Source: a virus (lineage: Duplodnaviria > Caudoviricetes). From it: 38,296 bases of DNA. Below are positions 35,067 to 38,296 of the stretch, piece by piece. Within the stretch, counting starts at the first letter, position 1; every line of letters starts with the position of its first letter. Position numbers and translations under genes: made by a program. The DNA lies in IMG/VR virus record IMGVR_UViG_3300047545_000326, positions 1 through 38,296 of that record; one strand, 5' to 3'. A model generated the notes under the pieces. The model worked only from the letters and a program-made list of their open reading frames with translations, ran no database searches and was not told the origin of the DNA.

Positions 35067-35381
35067 CCTGCTGCCTTGTCTGTGGATGAAATTATGAAAT
35101 TAAGAAACCAACTCCCTGATAGTTGGAAGTGGCACAAATGCTATGAACTGCCTTATGTCAATTCACGAACTGGCAGAGAGTTTAGTTTGAAGCATTGGGC
35201 ATTAACTGCACCTGATGGCAAAGGTTTGGTTTGTTCGCTTGGTTTAATTAGCCACGACCACCATACCGAAAACCATAAAAAGTTTTTAGATAACGATGTA
35301 CCCGTTGAATGGGTTGAAAAAAGCCTGTTAATCGTTGATAGTCTGCTTGCCGAGATTGAACGTTTGAAAGGTAGCAGTTAA
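35013..35381 (+). CDS. Cassette-borne hypothetical protein
   Basis: 122 aa. The first ~20 residues are homologous to the 33863 protein and the remainder is unrelated. The stop lies in TAAC. Confidence 0.75.
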   Translation: MQKDKLKNVSPTIGNAVLPAALSVDEIMKLRNQLPDSWKWHKCYELPYVNSRTGREFSLKHWALTAPDGKGLVCSLGLISHDHHTENHKKFLDNDVPVEWVEKSLLIVDSLLAEIERLKGSS

Positions 35382-35456
35382 CATTTTGCGGCTTTGCGTC
35401 AGGCTGCGAAGCGTTGGCATTGATCGGTCGGGTAGCTTGCACAAAACCGCCTGTTA
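35379..35456 (+). repeat. attC-like hairpin element B1 (short, 78 bp)
   Basis: TAAC-N5-GCGGCTTTGCGTCAGGCT...AGCTTGCACAAAACCGC-CT-GTTA; imperfect stem with a bulged T. Confidence 0.7.
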
Positions 35457-35495
35457 TACGCTGGCACGGATTATTAACAAGAAAACTTAATTGAA

Positions 35496-35825
35496 ATGAC
35501 AAATTCAGATAAACTACGTGAGCAATTAGCCACAGAAGAAAATGACCTAAAAGCACTTGGGATAGGCAAGCAAATTATTCGTGAAGAAAGAATGGAAAGA
35601 TTTGAGGAAGAATGGTTAGAAAAAATAACCAACTCCCCAAAAGTTACCCAATACCAAATGGCAAATGGTGGTTACATATTTTGGTTTAACGATGGGAATA
35701 TAATAGATGTCTACCCAAAAGCGAATAAGTTGCTTATCCGAAGAAAAAATAAATGGATAAAACCAGCCTTAAAATGGCTAATTGCGGAACTTCATTTGGA
35801 AACAGATGGTAGTGCTTGCGTATAA
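35496..35825 (+). CDS. Cassette-borne hypothetical protein
   Basis: 109 aa with IDVYPKANKLLIR..NKW; the stop lies in TAAC. Confidence 0.75.
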   Translation: MTNSDKLREQLATEENDLKALGIGKQIIREERMERFEEEWLEKITNSPKVTQYQMANGGYIFWFNDGNIIDVYPKANKLLIRRKNKWIKPALKWLIAELHLETDGSACV

Positions 35826-35947
35826 CGTTCAACTCATTGGCGAAGGCGGGATTTCAGGGTACGTCCGCACAGCCTTGCAGAAATGCTAAATAGTAGTACT
35901 CCGTTGAGCATATAGCGTCCAGCCCCGCTTTTGCCAATGAAATGTTG
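35823..35947 (+). repeat. attC-like hairpin element B2
   Basis: TAAC...TCATTGGCGAAGGCGGG...CCCGCTTTTGCCAATGA-AAT-GTTG; 17-bp stem with 2 G:T pairs. Confidence 0.8.
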
Positions 35948-35963
35948 GGCGCAGTTAATTTTT

Positions 35964-36140
35964 ATGTACACAGAACAACAAATTAATGAATGGAAATCTA
36001 AGGCTGAAAAATGGGATGCTTTAGAAAATAAGATTGCGGCATTTTATGTCGATGAAAATGGTGATGAACTTGAAGACGAAGAAGGTGGTGATTTATGTGA
36101 TATAGGCGAAGTTGCCGCAGCAGCGTTTGGGTTTCTTTAA
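35964..36140 (+). CDS. Cassette-borne small acidic protein
   Basis: MYTEQQINEWKSKAEKWDAL...GDLCDIGEVAAAAFGFL*. ATG 35964 is preferred to the track start. Confidence 0.7.
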   Translation: MYTEQQINEWKSKAEKWDALENKIAAFYVDENGDELEDEEGGDLCDIGEVAAAAFGFL

Positions 36141-36147
36141 TTGCGCC

Positions 36148-36593
36148 CAACGTAACGCAAGTAGGCGAAGGTTTAATAAATTTTTGAGCGATGGCATACA
36201 TAAATAAAGAAACAAGAGAAAAAGTTTGGAATAAGTACGATAAAAGATGTGCTTATTGCGGTACTGAATTAGAGTATAAGCAATTGCAAGTTGACCACAT
36301 TGAAGCACATTGGCATAATTGCGAGGAAAATAATTCATACGGAGTTACCAAAGGCAAACACGAATTAGAAAACTTTAATCCGAGTTGTGCGAGATGCAAC
36401 AGATGGAAAGGAACTTTTACTATTGAAGGGTTTAGAAACGAGATACAGCAACAGCTTATACGACTTAAAAGAGATAGTTCTAATTACAGAATGGCACTTG
36501 ATTACAAAATGATTGAAGAAAGCAATAAGCCCATTAAATTCTTCTTTGAGCGATGGGAAGAAAATTTATAAAACTTTTGCTTACTTGCTGTTA
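36148..36593 (+). repeat. attC-like hairpin element B3 with an HNH gene in its loop
   Basis: 28-nt arms at 36157-36184 and 36561-36588 (24 Watson-Crick pairs, 3 G:T, 1 mismatch), flanked by CAAC-N5 and T-GTTA. Confidence 0.8.
36191..36571 (+). CDS. HNH endonuclease
   Basis: RCAYCG...QVDH...NFNPSCARCNRWK zinc-binding HNH motif. Confidence 0.88.
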   Translation: MAYINKETREKVWNKYDKRCAYCGTELEYKQLQVDHIEAHWHNCEENNSYGVTKGKHELENFNPSCARCNRWKGTFTIEGFRNEIQQQLIRLKRDSSNYRMALDYKMIEESNKPIKFFFERWEENL

Positions 36594-36614
36594 TGTTTCC
36601 GTTTCAATGGAACA

Positions 36615-36741
36615 TAACGTTTTGCCGCTTTGCGAAGGCGGGGTATAAATAGCACTAAACTTTAAAATTAGAACGAATGAACATAGAAAGCACAAAACTT
36701 CAAGATAGCACTCAGCCCCCGCTTTTGCAAAACGGCTGTTA
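36615..36741 (+). repeat. attC-like hairpin element B4
   Basis: TAAC-N5-GCCGCTTTGCGAAGGCGGGG...CCCCGCTTTTGCAAAACGGC-T-GTTA. Confidence 0.8.
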
Positions 36742-36809
36742 GGCGATGGCACGGATTAATAGTAGAAACTTAAAAACCTTGTGGTGTAAAGGCGAACCGC
36801 ATATATAAA

Positions 36810-37418
36810 ATGACAAATACACAAAAATTTGCAAAGCAGGAATTAGATATTCTTGCAGCAACAGTTCCAGATGCGATTGTAACGCCTTTCGCAAAAGAAA
36901 TCTTAGCCTTATGTGAGGCATTTGGTAAATCAGGTCAAAGTGGTGGTTCAGCACCATACACCGCATCAGCTATTGCCCAAGCTGTAAAGAAATTGTGCTT
37001 ACAAGAGCCTATTTGTGATGTAACAGGGCACGATGATGAGTGGGTAGATGTTGCAGAGTGGATGGGTGAACCTATGTACCAAAACGCAAGGTGTGGAGGG
37101 TTGTTTAAATACCAAAATGGAAAATGTAGCTACAATGATGCTATCGTTTGGAAGGGTGAAGAAGAGTACGACACTTTTACTGGTAGAGTTTACATTGATG
37201 ATAAAGACTTTGAATTAATTGGAAGTAGCCAATATGCTAAATTCCCATTTAAACCAAAGACATTTTACATTGATGTAGTTCGTGTTCCAATTACAAAAGA
37301 CGAAGCGGAAAAGAGAAACCTTCATTATATTGAAGATGGATTTGGAGAATGTTATTACACGGTATTAAAAGACCCGAAACAACTCGATAAGGTTTTTAAA
37401 TACTATGATAAGAAGTAA
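36810..37418 (+). CDS. Cassette-borne phage-type hypothetical protein (F..SGQSGGSA motif)
   Basis: 202 aa, inside the body 36738-37470. Confidence 0.8.
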   Translation: MTNTQKFAKQELDILAATVPDAIVTPFAKEILALCEAFGKSGQSGGSAPYTASAIAQAVKKLCLQEPICDVTGHDDEWVDVAEWMGEPMYQNARCGGLFKYQNGKCSYNDAIVWKGEEEYDTFTGRVYIDDKDFELIGSSQYAKFPFKPKTFYIDVVRVPITKDEAEKRNLHYIEDGFGECYYTVLKDPKQLDKVFKYYDKK

Positions 37419-37466
37419 ATTAATTGGTAGGCACTATCGGGTTGGCAGTCTGGTAGTGCTTTCGCC

Positions 37467-37518
37467 TAACACGTTCATTTACGCAACTGAATTATACCTT
37501 TTAAATTGTCAAAACTTA
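37467..37518. repeat. Array right-boundary site, copy 2 (attI-like candidate)
   Basis: TAACACGTTCATTTACGCAACTGAATTATACCTTTTAAATTGTCAAAACTTA. Confidence 0.7.
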
Positions 37519-37523
37519 CAACT

Positions 37524-37604
37524 ATGTTAGCCTACACACTTTTAGCCATATATCTTATCTGCTTGTATTTTGCTTATGCAGGCGCAGCAGAAGTAAATGA
37601 TTAA
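37524..37604 (+). CDS. Possible small hydrophobic peptide (26 aa)
   Basis: MLAYTLLAIYLICLYFAYAGAAEVND*, with an A-rich leader supplied by the boundary site. Confidence 0.35.
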   Translation: MLAYTLLAIYLICLYFAYAGAAEVND

Positions 37605-37640
37605 GTTTATTTTCATTGTTATATATTAAAAAAGCCCCGA

Positions 37641-37922
37641 TTAATTTTGGGGCTTTTCTTTTTGCGTTAGCTTAAGGTATTCTTGGTAGCACTGTGTTTT
37701 TGCTTCTTGTAGGGTAGTTGCGGTTGGTGGATTTAGGTAGCTGCTACTCAATATTTCACCGTCTTTTTCTATAACCCATTGATGATAAACACCATTTCCC
37801 GAACCCGCATACAATCTTACCCCATCTATTTCAGTACAATAAAACCCTTCCGAAGATATTACCCACTTTAGTTCTTGCATTTCTGTAAATTTAAGCACCC
37901 GACTTATTAAAATCGGGTGCAT
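37641..37922 (-). CDS. Hypothetical protein
   Basis: 93-aa ORF directly downstream of recA; ends in the bidirectional hairpin AAAAGCCCC...GGGGCTTTT (about 37630-37657). Confidence 0.6.
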   Translation of the reverse strand: MHPILISRVLKFTEMQELKWVISSEGFYCTEIDGVRLYAGSGNGVYHQWVIEKDGEILSSSYLNPPTATTLQEAKTQCYQEYLKLTQKEKPQN

Positions 37923-37927
37923 TTTGG

Positions 37928-38296
37928 TTATAATTTATCGCTTATTTCTTTTATCAATTCTTCGTTTGCCTCCAATAATTCCAATACAGATTCACGACCT
38001 TGACCAAGTTTCATTTCCTTGTAAGAGTACCAACTGCCCGACTTTTTAATTACACCTTTCTCAACAGCAATATCAACTATTTCGCCTAATCTATTAATCC
38101 CTTTGCCATAAATAATATCAAATTCAGCAGTTCTGAAAGGGGGTGCGCATTTATTCTTTACCACCTTAACAACAGTCAAATTACCTAAAATCAAATCTCC
38201 GTCCTTAATTTGAGTTGAACGAGAAACACGAAGCCTCATAGAAGCGTAAAACTGCAAAGCCATACCACCCGTTGTAACTTCAGGGCTGCCATACAT
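37928..38296 (-). CDS. recA: RecA recombinase, 3' part (5' end outside the window)
   Basis: [20 protein letters not shown]...[21 protein letters not shown]...KKSGSWYSY...LGQGRE are clear RecA C-terminal motifs. Confidence 0.95.
   Translation of the reverse strand: MYGSPEVTTGGMALQFYASMRLRVSRSTQIKDGDLILGNLTVVKVVKNKCAPPFRTAEFDIIYGKGINRLGEIVDIAVEKGVIKKSGSWYSYKEMKLGQGRESVLELLEANEELIKEISDKL

Larger units (their letters stand above)
34942..37518 (+). mobile_element. Integron-like cassette array B (5 hairpin elements, 5 bodies, terminal site)
   Basis: Same architecture as array A with different cargo. Confidence 0.75.

Noticed and set aside
25651-36966. ORF 25651..25842 (+) and minus-strand ORFs 29237, 30372, 32717, 34259, 35248, 35998, 36093 and 36739
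   Set aside because: They overlap better-supported plus-strand genes or span hairpin elements, and are probably spurious.
33792-37518. CRISPR array, toxin-antitoxin repeats or plain intrinsic terminators as an explanation of the repeats
   Set aside because: Units differ in sequence and length (78-446 bp), are separated by whole genes, lack U-tracts and have gene-specific flanking inverted repeats. No cas genes are present.
33734-38296. Calling this a complete integron
   Set aside because: No ORF with recognisable tyrosine-recombinase motifs was seen in the window, so only an integrase-less array can be supported.
1-38296. Stop-codon reassignment as seen in some Crassvirales
   Set aside because: Core genes are intact and densely packed in the standard code, TAG and TGA end plausible genes, and no suppressor tRNA was seen.

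Overview
The window is a 38.3-kb segment of a Bacteroidota-infecting, crAss-like (Crassvirales-type) phage in the standard genetic code. 1-22.7 kb (minus strand) is the virion and packaging module: RepL-like and IHF/HU-like genes, large terminase, portal, an SPFH protein, a scaffold-like protein, major capsid protein, a free-standing HNH gene, ring/auxiliary-capsid/hub-like proteins, a tail-collar fibre, a metallophosphoesterase and the 5' part of the tail stabilisation (muzzle) gene. Bacteroidota TTTG-N19-21-TAnnTTTG-type promoters precede parts of it. After a strand switch (22.7-23.1 kb) comes a plus-strand block of small accessory genes, including a ParB-like and a MIB-HERC2-like protein and an unusually long tmRNA (31158-31711). 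The most striking region is 33.7-37.5 kb. It holds two tandem integron-like cassette arrays: seven (T/C)AAC...GTT(A/G) hairpin elements alternate with seven bodies, and each body is bracketed by its own inverted repeat. Both arrays have matching left and right boundary sites but different cargo. Start codons sit inside three hairpin loops, one loop carries a whole HNH gene between 12-bp direct repeats, one body is empty, and no integrase is seen in the window. A convergent recA 3' end closes the window. All product calls come from motif recognition and synteny by eye; no database searches were run.
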